Shown one piece after another: positions 34,549-49,500 of a stretch of DNA of 64,000 nt (the stretch's first letter is position 1; every line of letters begins with the position of its first letter). This DNA comes from Amoebophrya sp. A120 (lineage: Eukaryota; Protista; Dinoflagellata). The notes under the pieces were generated by a model. That model had not been told where the DNA came from. It ran no database searches and was given only the letters and a program-made list of their open reading frames with translations. A program made the translations under genes and the position numbers. Location of the stretch: assembly GCA_905178155.1 (NCBI GenBank), contig CAJINV010000005.1:7872515-7936514 (forward strand). The letters are read 5' to 3'.

Positions 34549-37500
34549 CTACTGCGACCCCTCCGAGCTGTCGCTGAATTATCAGACGGAAAAATCTCTC
34601 CACCTCCCCATATCATCAAAAGGAAGCATCTGACGCTGGATTTGTGTACACAAATCAGGTCTGTCTTGCAGTAGAGGACTGCAAGCCCATACCAAGCCTA
34701 AGTAGAAGGGTTTTGACGTAGGCGCGTGGCAAGCATGGTAAATGTGTACTCTGCAGGCCCCATAGCACCATCGCAAACCGCCTGCATGATGCGGCAGGGT
34801 CGCTGAATTTTTGGCCTTCTTGCAATACAGAAACGATTTGTGTTCACAAATCAGCATCACAAATTTATTTCAGAAGTGTCCCTTTTTGGTATGGGGAGGG
34901 GGGATTTTTCCTCACGATATGAATCTCATACTCACCACGACTCGGCCGTCTTGCGTCTTCCTGACGCGCAGCTCCTCTTGTCCACCTTTGCCATCGTTAT
35001 TTGTCGTCTTGTTGTTCGCGGTGGATTGGTGGTCTATCTTGATGCCCGAAGAGGTCGAGGGACCACCTCCAGTGCTCGCCGTTTTCTGGCTCGCTTTCGG
35101 CGCTTTGTTGCCTTTCGTCGTAGTCCCGCTTGCTGCAGCAGGAAAATTCAAGGGGTGCGATGTTTTCGTCGTCTCGTTGTTGTCATCAATCACGCGGCCG
35201 CGACTGGTAGTCGAACTCGCTGCTCTTTCCACTTTATTTCGAGAAAACGCGGCGAGATCCGCTGGCTGCCCCCCTGGAGCAGGTCGTGCAAGCTTCACTT
35301 TGATCGAGGATGAACTTGATGTCGCAGTGTTCGTGCTCCGGCTAAAGTTTGAGGACGAGAAAGTTTTTCCGGATGAAGAACTCTTGATGTTCATCTGTGA
35401 CCCCGCCTGTAGTCGAACATCACTCAGGCTATAATCGTCCACGCGATTCAGATTCTTGCCGTCATCTTGTTCTGAGGGACGGCTATCGTCCTCCTGAAAA
35501 GAGCTCGACGTAGTTTTCCGCTTGGGTAAAGGGTCCGCGGGCTGGGGAGTGCTTTTTCTTTCCTCAGCAGAGGTTCTTTTCGTGGTCCCTGTTTCCTTCT
35601 GCAGCGTCGATGGAGAAGGACGACGGTTAGTACTGTTTACCCATACATACCGGTCGCTTAGCAGTTCTTGAAGATTGACGCTACTTGAAGTCTCCGGAGT
35701 AGCTGGTGGAAATGCGCTTTTGATGTTGTAGTTCATCCGAGCTGCTGCACTACTTGTGTGGTCAGCACTCGGACCACCTTGCGGATGTGCAACATCTATC
35801 TGCTGCTGCTGATCCTGGTGATCTTCAGCTCTGTAAAGAGCCTGTGGTTGTTGATGCTTCTTGCTTTTGTTTTGCACGACTGGGAAAGCAGCAACTCCTG
35901 CCGGGGGTGGGACAAAAGCTGGATTCTATCCTGAGCAAAAACCTCCCCACCCCATAGTCAAGATGGAAAGTCTACTAGACAAATCGCCCAGCTTTTGCTG
36001 TTTCGCATGACAGTTTTGTCCTCGGAGTGTAATCCTCTTTAGCTAGTTCAGCAGCATCACAGATCGAGCACATCATGCTGATTCTAGCATCACAAATTCC
36101 AAAACACGACTAGAAAATACTTCTCATGGGCCTCCGCATGGGAAACTTTTTTGGCATGCAGATTTGCATGACAACTCTGGGGTGGGGACGTTTTTACTCA
36201 GAATAGATTCAGGTAGAGCATTCGGTAGTACGCGGCCCAAGCGTCATCGTACCCTGGCTTATTAGGAGTATCAAATGTAAAAATGTCTGGGTCTGGAAGA
36301 TTGTAATGCTGTCTCTGGATTCGAAAAAAATTTGTATTGCATGACCAGCAAAAGGACAGCTCCAGTTTGTGCTACGTGGAGAGGGCATTTCTCATGCGGT
36401 AGAGGCCTCACAAAGTCCTCTAAAACTCTGTGATCATGCTAGGGCATGCATCACAGACATCATGGGCCATTCAAAATATGCACGACAAACCTGGCAATCT
36501 TCCAGACCCAGACAGTTTTGCAGTTGATAAGGAGGGGGTGGGGGCATATTAGCGGGCATGAAGGCAGTATGGAAAGAAAAAAGATTGTCACAGTCACTAA
36601 CTTGCAGGTTTTGCATTACAAATTTTCTCAGCATCACAAACTTTCCTTGTATTGCAGAAACACTAGGGAGATCACTAATGAAGTCTGGCGGTGATGCATT
36701 TTTACGCATGGCAAACAATTTTGTATTGCAAGAATGCGCATGAGTGATCGTGACGAACTTTTTTTCTTTGATATGCAGAGCTGTAGCTGGCGGGAACTCC
36801 GGTAGTTCCTCCTTGTGCAGCATGAAGATGACCACCTACAGGCCCTTATCCTGAGTAAAAACGTCCCCACACCAGAGTCAAGATGGGAAATCTGCTATAC
36901 AAATCGGCCAGCTTTGGTTGTGTCGCATGACAAGTTTGGTCTCAGAGTGTAATCCTGTTTAGCTAGTTCACTAGCATCGCAAATCTAGCATATCATGCTG
37001 ATTGGAGCATAACAAATTCCAAAACACGATTAGAAAACGCTTCTCATGGGGCTCCACATGAGAAACATCTTCAGCATGCAGAATTGCATGACAAGTATGG
37101 GGTGGGTACGTTTTTACTCAGGATAGCCCTGGAACAGCAGGTCCTCCAGAACTGCCACCCGGAGGAGGTCCAACAACAGCTTGTTGTTTCAACGCTTTAA
37201 ACTGAAAATGGTCGCCGGCTCCGCCTGCAAAATTGTAGCCTGGTAGATGAAATTGTTGCCCACTACCACCTATGAACTGCAAAAGTGTCTGGGTCTGGAA
37301 GAATTCATGTTTGTCATGCTTGTCTGGCATGACTCTTAAATCTGTCATGCACGCCACCCAAAAGCTCCGTTTTTCTGTGATGCAGAAGCGCTGTTTGTCA
37401 TGCAGAATACGCAAAACCTAGGAGCTCAGAAACTTGTCATGCTGAGCCAGCATTTGTAGCCTCATCATGAGATGACGCCACCCAGCATCACAAGTTTCCA

Positions 37501-40500
37501 GACCCAGACATTTTTGCATTTGATACCACCGTGCGCCTCGACTGCCTCCTGTTTTCTCAGCCTGTTCGCGCGTCGCTCCACCGCGTCGTTGTTTTCAGGT
37601 GTGGATTGAAAAATTTTCGGGATAATTTTTTTTTTCGTTGTAGTCAAGGTAACAAGAATAAACAAACGCGCTTGTTTCACTTTTCTTGTCCTCGACAAGA
37701 GCAATCTTATACATAAAACGCCTTTTGTGTCATTGCTTTTTTTGCATGGTGCCTCCAATCGGAGAGTGTACAGTGTTGAGAGCACGAGTGGCTTATGAGT
37801 TCCTTTTCTTTTGTCATGCAAAAATTAGAAGCGCGCTGCACAAAAATCTTGTCGGCCTCGCCAAAAAATTATCCCGCCCAAATGAATTCATTCCAATTGC
37901 TTACCCGGTTCCAGTGTAAGCATGAAGTCTTGATTTTTCAGTACTGGAGGCTTCTTTGCGCTTGCTCTTCTGGTGGTTGCTCCAGGACTAGAAGCGACAC
38001 CTTGAACCCCGAATAAATGAGGTTCCACTCCGGGTATCGAGTTCGAGGAAGACGCTCCGGCGCTTATGCATTGCAAAAGTATCGTACTCGTATAAATGCA
38101 TTACAAATTTTCTCAGCATGAGAAATAAAATTTGTAATGCAGATTTCCCTTGGGAACAAGATTTGTAATGCAAGCCTTGCATTTATACGAGTACGATACT
38201 TTTGCACAGGATAGCGCTGCGAACGGGACTATGTTGCTGGCCAACAGTGGCACACATTGTAGTTTTATCAAAGGCAAAAATGTCTGGGTCTGGGAGGTTC
38301 TGAGACTTGTCACGCACGTTCTGCACGAGCCATGATGTCTGTGATGCATGCCATAGCATCACAGATGCTTCGAGGGGTTCTTGATGCCTATTTCGCATGA
38401 CAAATGCCCTATCCGCGTAGCAAAAATTACATTCTCTTTGCTACTTACTCATGCAATACAAATTTTTTTGGAATCCAAATGCAGCATCACAAGTTGCATT
38501 CTTCCAGACCCAGACATTTTTGCATTTGATAAGTTTTTGCCCCCTGCAAAGGACGAACTGATTTTTTGACGCTCTTCTTTGAAGCCAAAAGGCCGGTTGT
38601 ACAACTAGCCGCCCCTAGTGGCGTTTTGTACCGCAGTTTCTCATCCTTATTTTCCTGTTGCTGTAGATGAACTCCTGGTCCCGCACTGTTCTTGCTATCG
38701 GACTTAATATCTTTGCTGCTTTGTGTCCGACTCAGCAGGCTGCTTGGGCGTGCGAGCGAGGTCGGCGTCGCCGGTCGATCTGTAGCACTTTTTGGTTGCA
38801 TCTTCGACGCGGGTCGTGGTGCGAAAGTTACTTGATCCGTTCCCGAGCTATCTCCTATGGAGTTCTCAAGCGTTACACTCTCAACTGTTACAACATGAAT
38901 TTGTCATGCAAAACTACTTACCATCATCATCCACAAGATCAAGCTGCTTCGCATGACAAATTTGCGAGGGGCTAAACAGCACCTAAAGCTAAATCTGCGC
39001 GGCGTTTGTAATGCAATTTTTGCAATCTTCCCCCTTTTGCTTTTGCCATTCTTGCATTACAGATTCATGTAACAGTTGAGAATGTAACGTTTGAGAACGC
39101 CATATCTCCCGCGGACGAGCTCGGACGCGAGGACTGCAGACTGATCAGAGATCGCGAGCGTATCAAAAGAAAAAAGTTCGTCACGATCACTCAACATGGG
39201 CATTTTTGCAATACAAAATTGTCTGTCATGCGTAAAAATGCATCACAGCCACACTTCATAAGGGATTTCCCTAGTGTTTCTGCAATACAAGGAGAAGTTG
39301 TGATGCTAAAAAAATTTGTAATGCAAAACCTGCAACTTAGTGACTGTGACAAACTTTTTTCTCTTCATAGAGCGCGGGAGAAAGGCATTGTCCGTAGGGA
39401 CCACAGCAGGCTGGTCCTTCGCCACGACCGCAAGGTTCTTTTTATCAAATGCAAAAATGTCTGGGTCTGGAAGAGCCGGGACTTGTCATGCACATTTTGC
39501 ATGACCCGTGAGGTCTGTGATGGTGGTGCTAGCATCACAGATTTTTTTAGAGCTTCTTCATGCTGATTACGCATCAGAAATGCCCTCTCCGCGTGCCAAG
39601 AACTCACTTTTCTTGCTGCTCATGCAACACAGATATTTTTAGAATCCGCAGACAGCATTACAAGTTCCACTCTTCCAGACCCAGACATATTTGCATTTCA
39701 TACTTTTCTTGCTGTCGCAATTTCCGCATGGCGGCCAGCAGCTCCCGTGCCTTTTCTCGCTTCACTTTTTCGGGGTGAAACAGCCTCTCTCGCTGTTGTT
39801 TCCGTTCCAATTTTTTCGCCTTGTGATTCCTTTTCCGCTGGAGAGTTTTTTCTTTCCGAAGTTCCTCTAGCGTTTTAATATTGGGCTGCTGCGTCGAAGC
39901 AGTTCTAGAAGTTTCAGTTTCATTTTGCAGCGCAGTACTCGTTTCCATATTTCCCGCTTGTTTCGCCTTCCCCGGCCCACTCGTAACGCCGACCATGCGC
40001 AGAAATCGCCGGACGAAACCTGTTTTCTTGATTTCAGCTGGTTCTAATATTTCCTCTTTTTCAACGTCTTGCTCCTCCTCGTGCTGATTCATCTCGCTGC
40101 TTCGTACAAGAACAACCTCCGAAGTGGTGCTTGCTAGCTGCCCCGACAAGTCGGGAAGTAAAGTTGACGAGGTTTGTAGTTCTACTCTTTTTGGTTCTTG
40201 CAGTTCATTCGAAGCTGGTAGAAGTTCCTCACTTACTTTTCTAGGAGCATCAAGATCCACACCGTCGGGGGGATCTCCATGTAGAAGCTCGTGATGATTC
40301 TCTATGAATGTGCACAGCTCCCCCTCCCCCGCACTTGTATTTATGAGCAGCAATACAAGCGTCAGCAGGAAAAGCAAAAGGTCAAGGAATACATGTTTTG
40401 CATGACAAATCTGTACGGCATTGTAGTGCCATTTGGGCAGCTGCAGCCAGAACTTGTCATGCAAACAGTTCGAAGAGGCAAAGCCTGGATTTGGTATTTT

Positions 40501-43500
40501 GTAATGAGAAATGAGAACGAGCGGGAGTTGTTGCGCACTTCCATATTCTCTACTCCCGAAGGTCCTTCAGAAGACGGTTGCTGTGCTCCACCTGCGGGAG
40601 TAGAGTGGACTACCAGAGGTTCTTTTTGCTGTTGCACCACCAGCAACGTTCCCTCTTCCGTCCCGCTTTCTTCCTCGTCTAACATCAGCTCCCTTTCCCG
40701 TTGCCTTGCCTCTGCCGCCTCCCGCATTCGCAGATGGCACATAACACCGGCGATAATTATCGCCAATATTAGGAGAAAGCTGCCCACAGTATAACCTGCT
40801 CAGGTGTTACAATCTCAAATCGGTTACCATAGAATCTGGAATTTGTGTTGCAAGAAGTGCATGATCTACCCTAATCCCATAGGATTGCGCATGACAAGTT
40901 CTGGAGTCCCAATCCGCACCACAATCTGGCGAAATTTGTATTGCAGAAAGTGGAATGCTGTCCGAGTCTGTCATGCTCATCATGCAATACAAAACCCAGA
41001 TTCTATGGTAACCGATTTGAGATGGTAACCGATTTGAGCGGGTCATACACAGAGATGGTCGTGTTCATGTCCAGCGTGTACTGATCGTACTGCCTGTTGT
41101 ATGCAAGAAAAAAACTGTGTAAAGTTTCTTGGAGGAATAGCATCACAAATTTGCTCTGCAGGAGCATGACACAGAAAACCTATCATGCGTAGCTAGTACT
41201 TGAAAACACGTACGGAATTAGCCTCGGATGCATGTCCAGCATGACAAGTGTAACAGTTTTGCATTTTCTGCAACACAAAGTTACACCAACAATGTTTTTT
41301 TCTTGCATATGTTGTTCGCTGCAGCTCCACCTCCTCCCGGGGGACCGACCTTTGTGGTGCCGGGGGTGGTCGTATTTGTAGTTTTACCGGGCGGTGGTGG
41401 CTTCGGCTTCGGCTTACCTGATGTACCAGTACCGGTAGCTGCACCACCACCACCACCACCACCACCACCACCACCACCACCACCAGCTGCCTCATTTTTT
41501 GCTACCACTACCGGAAATACATCAGCGCCGTTGGGATGGTGACGAGCGGCCCCGTGCGGCCCTGATCGTGCCAGGCTGTGGAAGCCAAGTCCATCTCCAG
41601 AAATCGTTGCATGGTCTTCATCTTCGGTAAACGAATCAATGTTCCACGCACCGCCTCCCCCGGCATGCAAATCGCTCCGCAGCCCCCGGTCCCGGAGAAA
41701 CAGGTCTTGCTTGTAGTATTTTGTCCAGAACTCACGATAGTATTCCTGCCAGGGTACTAAAAACGACTCCCCGTAGAGTTTTGCGAAGTCCAGAAGATGA
41801 TTTTCATCTGCATCTCCGCTCTGATCATGAAACGAGTCCTTCACGGAGGCCGCGGGGGTCTCTTGTTGTTGCGCGAAACTGCTCTCCTGCGGTTTACGTT
41901 TAATACCGCGATATTGTTGCATGAAGGTGGACGAGGTGCTATTTATTGCAGATGCTCCCGTAGTTGCCGCCGTCGTCTGTGGACGAAATTCATCCGCACG
42001 TCGAGGATATCAAATGCAAATACGTCTGGGTCTGGAAACTTGTAATGCTGAGTTGTGAATATTAGTAAGTGCTCTGTAATGCACAGCCAAGCATGAAAAA
42101 TATTTGCGGGGCTAGTACAGTGTTGCGTTTGCCGCATGACAAACTGCGTTTTTGCATGACAAGCAACGGGCGGGTCTCTTGTTGGACACGCATCACAGAC
42201 TTTTCAGTCATGCCAGACAAGCATGACAAACCTTGCATCCTTCCAGACCCAGACGTTTTTGCAATGCATAGAGGAGCAGGATGATCCACTACATCCACTT
42301 CAAGAGCTGCAGGTCGTGTGCTTGTTTGTTCTTCCCCTTCGCGAGAAACAACCCCGACAGCAGCAGCTTCGGCCTGCGGAACCACAAGCGAGCCAGCGGC
42401 AGAATTTGAATTGCCTTGCGAATCACGAACCTGACCACCACTTGTAGTTCTAGGATTATTATTTTTTCGACCACTTCTTCTGCTGTTCACATCGTAATAC
42501 TCTCTTAGCATCGCCCGACAGTAGTCTCCCGCCAGCATCACACTAGCCGTATTTTTACCGTGGCCTTGCTTGTGCCAGTCATGTACGAGCCAGTGCGTCG
42601 GGGTTGGCACAAAAGTCTCCGTACGAATGGGTTTTTCTGCCGGGATCCAGCCGTCTTCGTCTTGTACGTCGTCCGGAAATGTTGTTGTTGATCCCTCGTC
42701 TTGTTCCTCCACGTCTTGATCTGCATCAGAATGATCTCCAGACCACTGCTCATCAGCATCGACATCCCCAGAATCACCAGGCAGTAGATCCTGTCGTGCA
42801 TGTACATCAACTTCCAACGAGCTACTTCCGAACGCTGCTTGGTCAACATCTCCTACGGTATCTAAACCACGATCTTCCTGATCCTGATGCTGATCCGCTG
42901 CCAATCGCATGATCTTCTGCTGCATAAATTCTCGATTCTGGGGGAAGAACGACAACCGATTCTTGCGTTCTTCGAGAAAGCTGGAAATCGTGCCAGAATC
43001 GTTTGTATCACTGCTTGTTCCACCACCACCACCTCTTGCCGCCGCAGGACCGTGTAGTTCAACATCTTGACGCAGCTCCTTCCGCGCTGACGCCGTCGTG
43101 TTCTTCTGGTTATTTTCCTGGACACCGAGAGACGCAACATCTTCGCTTCTTCGCATCTTGCTCATCTGCTTATTTCATGGATTGCAAAACTGTCTGGGTC
43201 TGGAAGAATGCAGGAGTTTCTCATGCAGATTTTGCAGGACCCATGACGTCTGTGACGCATGCCCTAGCATCAGAGATTTTGCGAGGGCTTTCTGATGCTC
43301 ATACCGCATGAGAAATGCCCTCTCCGCGTAGCACAAAATCACAAAATACACCTCTTTTGCTGTTCATGCAATACAGATTTTATGTAGAGTCCAGAGGTAG
43401 CATCACAAGTTGCATCCTTCCAGACCCAGACATTTTTACATTTGATACAGCATGATGACCACCTACAGGCCCTGGAACTACTACAGGTCCTCCAGCATCC

Positions 43501-46500
43501 TGAGTAAAAACGTCCCCACACCATAGTCAACATGGAGAATCGGCTAGACAAGTCCACAAGTTTTGTCTGTTTTGCATGACAAATGTGGACTCGTAGTGTA
43601 GTGCGGTTTGAGGTAGCTCAGCAGCAAGAACACAGAGCATGACAAATTCCAAAACACGACTAGAAAATGCCTCTCATGGGGCTCCGCATGAGGAACATCT
43701 TCAGCATGCAGATTTGCATCACAACTATGGGGTGGGGACGTTTTTAAATACGATATCCAGCACTGCCACCCGGAGGAGGTCCTCCAACAACAGCTTGTTG
43801 TATCAACTGTAAAAATGTCTGGGTCTGGAAGAATCCAACTTGTCATGCTGATTTTGGATAATTCTAAAAAAATCTGTATTGCATGAGCAGCAAAGAGAGT
43901 CCAAGTTTTGCTCCACGGAAACAGCATTTGTCATGCGGTATAGGCATCAGGAAGCCCTCGCAGAATCTGTGATGCTAGGACATGCATCACAGACATCAGG
44001 AGTCATGCAAAATGTGCATGACAAGCCTGGCAATCTTCCAGACCCAGACATTTTTACAGGCTTATTTTCCTGGACAACGAGAGACGCAACATCTTCGCTT
44101 CTTCGCATCTTGCTCATCTGCTTATTTTCGGAAAACCGGGCGTCAGGGGTGACGTGGAGTATGGGATTCTCGAATCAGTGACACTCGCAGCTGTTTTTAC
44201 TTGCACTTGTCATGCAGAACTACTACCTGAAGCCGTCAGATGATCAACAAGCTGCTCCGCATGACAAGAAATCTCCGAAGGGCTAAACAGCATGCAAATC
44301 TGTGGCAAATCTGTGATGCGAAAGCAGCAAGCTTGCCCCTTTCACTGTTGCTGTTCCTGCATTACAACAAGCTCATCGTAAAACAGTTGAGAATGTTAAA
44401 CTGATTTGAGAACGCCATATGGAGGGAGTCTTCGTTCGGGGTTTCCGCCCCCCGCCCCAAAAGGTCAAACACCGCGCTTTGCCAGTATTGCAGCACTTTT
44501 CTCTCTATCAACTGCAAAAATGTCTGGGTCTGGAAGGATGCAAACTTGTCGTCCTTTTTATTGGACTCGAAAAAAATTTCTATTGCATGACCAGCAAGAG
44601 GTTTACAGTTTTTGCTACACGTCGCACAGGGCATTTGTCATGCGGAAGGTGCATGATCGGGAAGCCCTCTAAAAGTCTGCGATGCTCGGCCAAGCATTAC
44701 AGGCATCGTGGGTCAAGGTCATGAGAAATATGCATGACAAATCATGCATTCTTCCAGACCCATACATTTTTGCATTTGATACTCTCGAACTTCTCCACTT
44801 CCTCGGTAACAATATGGAAACGTCAGGTTTGAAATCGACAAAGTTGAAATAGTTTGTGATGCATAAAATGGATACTACTTAGACCTACAGTTTGTAGTCG
44901 GTGCATGACAAATTTTCCCGGTCCTGGAAGCGAGTCTGTCATGCGGTTTCGGGCAACAGAGCTGCCTTCTGTCATGCCAGTCAGCAGTCCACCTTTTGAC
45001 CCTTACCAGGACTATAATCTCTCTTCCGTGCGTCCTCTGCAATAGAGTCACTTTTTGTATCGCATTTTATACATGACAAATCATTTCAACTCTGACGATT
45101 TCAATCCTGACACTCCCATAAACAACCTCGTCGGGGTAGTGTGCTTGCCCCACGTCTGCCTCCATCGCGACCACCTCTTCCAGAATATGGATGTGTCAGG
45201 ATTGAAATCGACAAAGTTGAAATGATTTGTCATGCATAAAAATGCAACGCAAAAACTGTCTCTATTGCGGAGGACGCAAGGAGAAAGATTGTAAGCCTGT
45301 TGAGGTGTAGAAATAGAGCTGCTAAAGTAGCATGACCAAAGGCGTCGCCCTTACCCAAACAGCATCACAAACTGGATTTAGGTTCTACCCGAATTTGTCA
45401 TGCGCCATTTGGAAACTGGGCTTCAATTGGCATCCATTTTATGCATCACAAACTATTTCAACTCTGTCGATTTCGTTCCTGACACATCCATAAAGAACCT
45501 GTTTCAGGTATTGCTGCAGGTTGTAAAGCCCGTTCGGTGGCGTGACTTTTACCGTCTCGTTTCCTACTTTCCTCGGAAAGTAAATGCGCGGAAGAGTTTA
45601 TCCTGAGTAAAAACGTCTCCACCCCATAGTCACATTGGTGAATCTGCAACACAAATCTCCAAGGTTTGGGAGTTGTGCATGACAAAATTCCATCTGCAGC
45701 GTAGTGCTGGTTAGCAAGGGAAGCCGCATGAGAAAGCCACTTTCTCATCCTGTTTCCAGCATTACAGATTCCACCACACGATTGGAAAAAATGCCTCTCA
45801 TGGAGATGCGCATTACAAATGCTCCTGCAATCGCAGATCTGCATGACAACTCTAGGGTGGGGACGTTTTCACACAAGATAGAGGTACGGAAGTAGTATCT
45901 GAAGGAGTAGACACGCCACGACCCCGAAAGCGGTTCCCAACCAAACTCAACACGCGACAGGCCTCGGTATCGCGGTAGATTCGTATCGAATGCAAACATC
46001 TCTGGGTCTGGAAATAACTTGTGATGCTAAAGTATGGATAATTCTGGCGCTCTCAAGTGCAGCCAAGCACGACAAGTTCACTTGACGCCGTCTGATGCGT
46101 CGCACGCATGTCAAACTGCGTTTTTGCATGACGGCGCAAGAGCGGCGACTTTGCTGGCTGTGCAATACAGAAGATTTCTCACGAATGCAAGACATGCAAC
46201 ACAAGTTCCACTTTTCCAGACCCAGACATTTTTGCAATGCCTAATTCGAGTTCGATACCAAAAATCCGCGATGTTTTTCGGGCCGATTGTTCCCTTCCGC
46301 TTGTTTTGCCAAGCGGATTTTGCCCGCTCCTGCAACTTTGCAAGGTAGGGTGGTCCAGCATAAATCTTGTCACGACGATTCAAGCTGTTCAGGAACTCTT
46401 TCATGGCTCTGACTTTGGTGGACTCCTGCTGTGGAAGTAGATGCGCAGGGCCGGAGGTTGCAGCAGGTCCTGTAGTTACAGCTCCTTGATGTTCTTGCGC

Positions 46501-49500
46501 AAAAGAGGACATCACAGCTACGTCTGCCCCTGGTCCTCCTGCTGCTGTGGAATTATTATTCCCGGTTCCATGCAGAACACCAGCACGATCTGCATCTCTA
46601 ATATTTCTGCTCTCCTCGTCGAACATTGCCGCGGACCACACTTCGTTTTGAAACAAATGCGCATCGGTTACCCGCAGCAACGCGTCTTGACTTTCTGATT
46701 TTTATGAACTGCAAAAGTATCGTACTAGTACGAATTGCATTACAAATTTTCTCAGCATGAGAAATGGAATTTGTCATGCTGTTTTACTTTGAAACGAAGA
46801 TTTGTCATGCATATACTGCAATTAGTACGACTACGATACTTTTACACAGGATAATTTTCTCCTCCGGACAAAAAATTGCCGAAACTCCCGGTCTATGCAT
46901 CGCAAACATGTCTGGGTCTGGAAACTTGTAATGCTGACTGGTCATGATTGACTGCGCCCTGAAGCGCAGTGCAGCTTAACAAGTTCATTTTCAAAAGCTT
47001 TCTCATGCGCAGAACGCATTCCAAACTGCGCTTTCGCATGACACAAGTGTGGTGCTTTATAATTTGCCGCTTATGCAATACAGATTTTCTTCTACATATG
47101 CGAAACACACAATACAGGTTCAACCTTTCCAGACCCAGATCGATATTTGCATTTGATACGGACCGAATCCACCCGCAGCTGTGTCTCCAGGGTCAAGACC
47201 TTGTTGACCAACACTTCTAAAATTCTCCGGATGTAGAAATAGTTCTTATATCGTACGGCGCGAGCTTCTTTCAGGATTAGCTTCTTCAAATGAACCTGGA
47301 ACGTGGTCGAAGGTAAGGCTTCGGACCCATTCAAGTCGACGAAGTAGTCGTCGCGTCCGCCAAGGAAAGAATGACGATCTATATCAAATGCAAAAATGTC
47401 TGGGTCTGGAAGGTTGGAGCTAGTGATGCTAACTTTGGAGTCTAAAAAAATCTGTATTGCATTATCAGCGAAGAGGAGTCTAGTTTGTGCTACGCGGGGA
47501 GGGAATTTGTCATGCGGAATAGGCATCAGGAAGCCCTGTAATTGTAAAAATCTGTGATGCTAGGTCATGTATTACAGACATCCTGGGTCATGCAAGATAT
47601 GCATGGCAAACCCGGCAACATTCCAGACCCAGACGTTTTTGCATTTGATAATCTAGTGGCCAGGCCTTCTTCAGTTTTTCCGCTGCGTCGACACGTTTTC
47701 TTCTATAGTAACCATCTCCAGGTTCTCTTTGCATCAAGACCCTAGTTCCCGGACGAGGACCACTCGTTGTGGACGTAAAAACTACATTGGAATCATTGTT
47801 CAAGTTCACGTGCACCCCCTCCATCTGCTGCGTGGTGTTTTTTTCTACTTCCGCATCGGCTCCTTCGGCGGCCGCTGCTATCGTACGAAAAAGTGTTTCA
47901 CTGTAAGGATTTTGCAAGTTTTGCATCACAAGTTTTCTCTACATCACAGAGAAAATTTGCCATGCGAGATTCCTAAGGGAAAACACAGCTAAAAATCCGT
48001 TGTCTTGCATGTGTAGCAAGACAAACACTTCTCAGATACATTTTCTGCATTACAAGTTTAATACAGTTTTTTCTTGCGATAGCTGCTGCTGTTCCTGTAG
48101 TCGAGGTTTCCTCCTCAAGAAAGGAGGGGGCTGCCAGCCTGTTCTTAGGCATCAGGTTGGACGACATGATGGGGTTGGGGGGCGATTCTCTCAGTCCCCG
48201 ATCGTAAACATCGTCGAAAGACTTCTATGACGTTCTCAAGCGTTAATAAATACACTCTCAACTATTACAACGCGATTTGTCATGCAAAAGACCACCTATC
48301 AGCCTCTGCACGATCAAGTAGCCTGTTCCACTTGGCATGACAAATAATTCTTAAAGCGCTCACCCGCATGCAGATGATCTTCTGTGCCGAAAAATGTTAT
48401 TTTGTAATGCGGAACGCGCACGAAGCTTCCGCTTTCTCTTTCACTTTTGCATCACAAATTCATGTAACAGTTCAGAATGTAACTGTGATTTGAGGACGCC
48501 ATAACTTCGTTCTAGGAAGCAGGTCAGGCTTTCGTGTAAGACGAGGCAGGACCGTCAAACTCGCCTGCGCTTTGGCTTTCGCCGCGGCTTTCGCTTTAGC
48601 TTTGGCTTTGGCTGTTGCTTTGGCGTGCGCGCCCCGAAACCAAGCGAACTTTGCGGCCCGGTAATTTTATGGCGCTCTCAAGTGTTACATTCTCAAGTAA
48701 TACACGATTTGTCATGCAAAATGAGCATCAACGTCCACACGATGAAGCTACTTCGCATGGCAAATGTTGGAAGGGTTGCACAGCATGGGAATCTGTGCCG
48801 CATTTGTAATGCACGAGTGGACAGATCCGGCCTCCCCCTGCTGCCATTCTTGCATCACAAATTCATGTAACAGTTGAGAATGTGACAATTGAGAAGCCCA
48901 TAAATCTCGCTTATCCGTCATCTCTTGTTTGGCTAGATCGAAGGAAGTGCGATATAATTCTGTTCCGCGATAAGCTTCAAGTGGTCCCAGAACTTCGGAA
49001 TTCCCGATCCACATCAGATATCAAGTGCAAAAATGTCTGGGTCTGGAAGAATGCAAGTTTGTCATGCTTGTCTCGCATGACTCTTAAATTTGTCATGCAC
49101 ATTACCCAAGACCCCCATTTTTCTGTCATGCAGAAACGCAGTCTATCATGCAGAATAGGCAACACCAAGAAGCTCAGAAACTTGTCATGCTAAGCCAGCA
49201 CTTGCGGCCTCCTCATGATACGCCACCCAGCATCACAAGTTTCCAGACCCAGACATATTTGTATTTCATATCAGATCAGGTCTTGCCAGATAGATCGCGG
49301 CCAGCACTGAGAGCTGGCGAAACACTCGCCGACCGGCCGTTTGCCCGGTTATTTCGTTGCCTCTTAGGCTCGCGACTGCTGCGTGTGGTTGTTGTAGTAT
49401 CAAATGCAAAAATGTCTGGGTCTGGATTGTTGCCAGGTTTGTCATGCATATCATCATCATGTAGTGGACACCCTCTCCCAGCGCCACAGGTCAAGGATCC

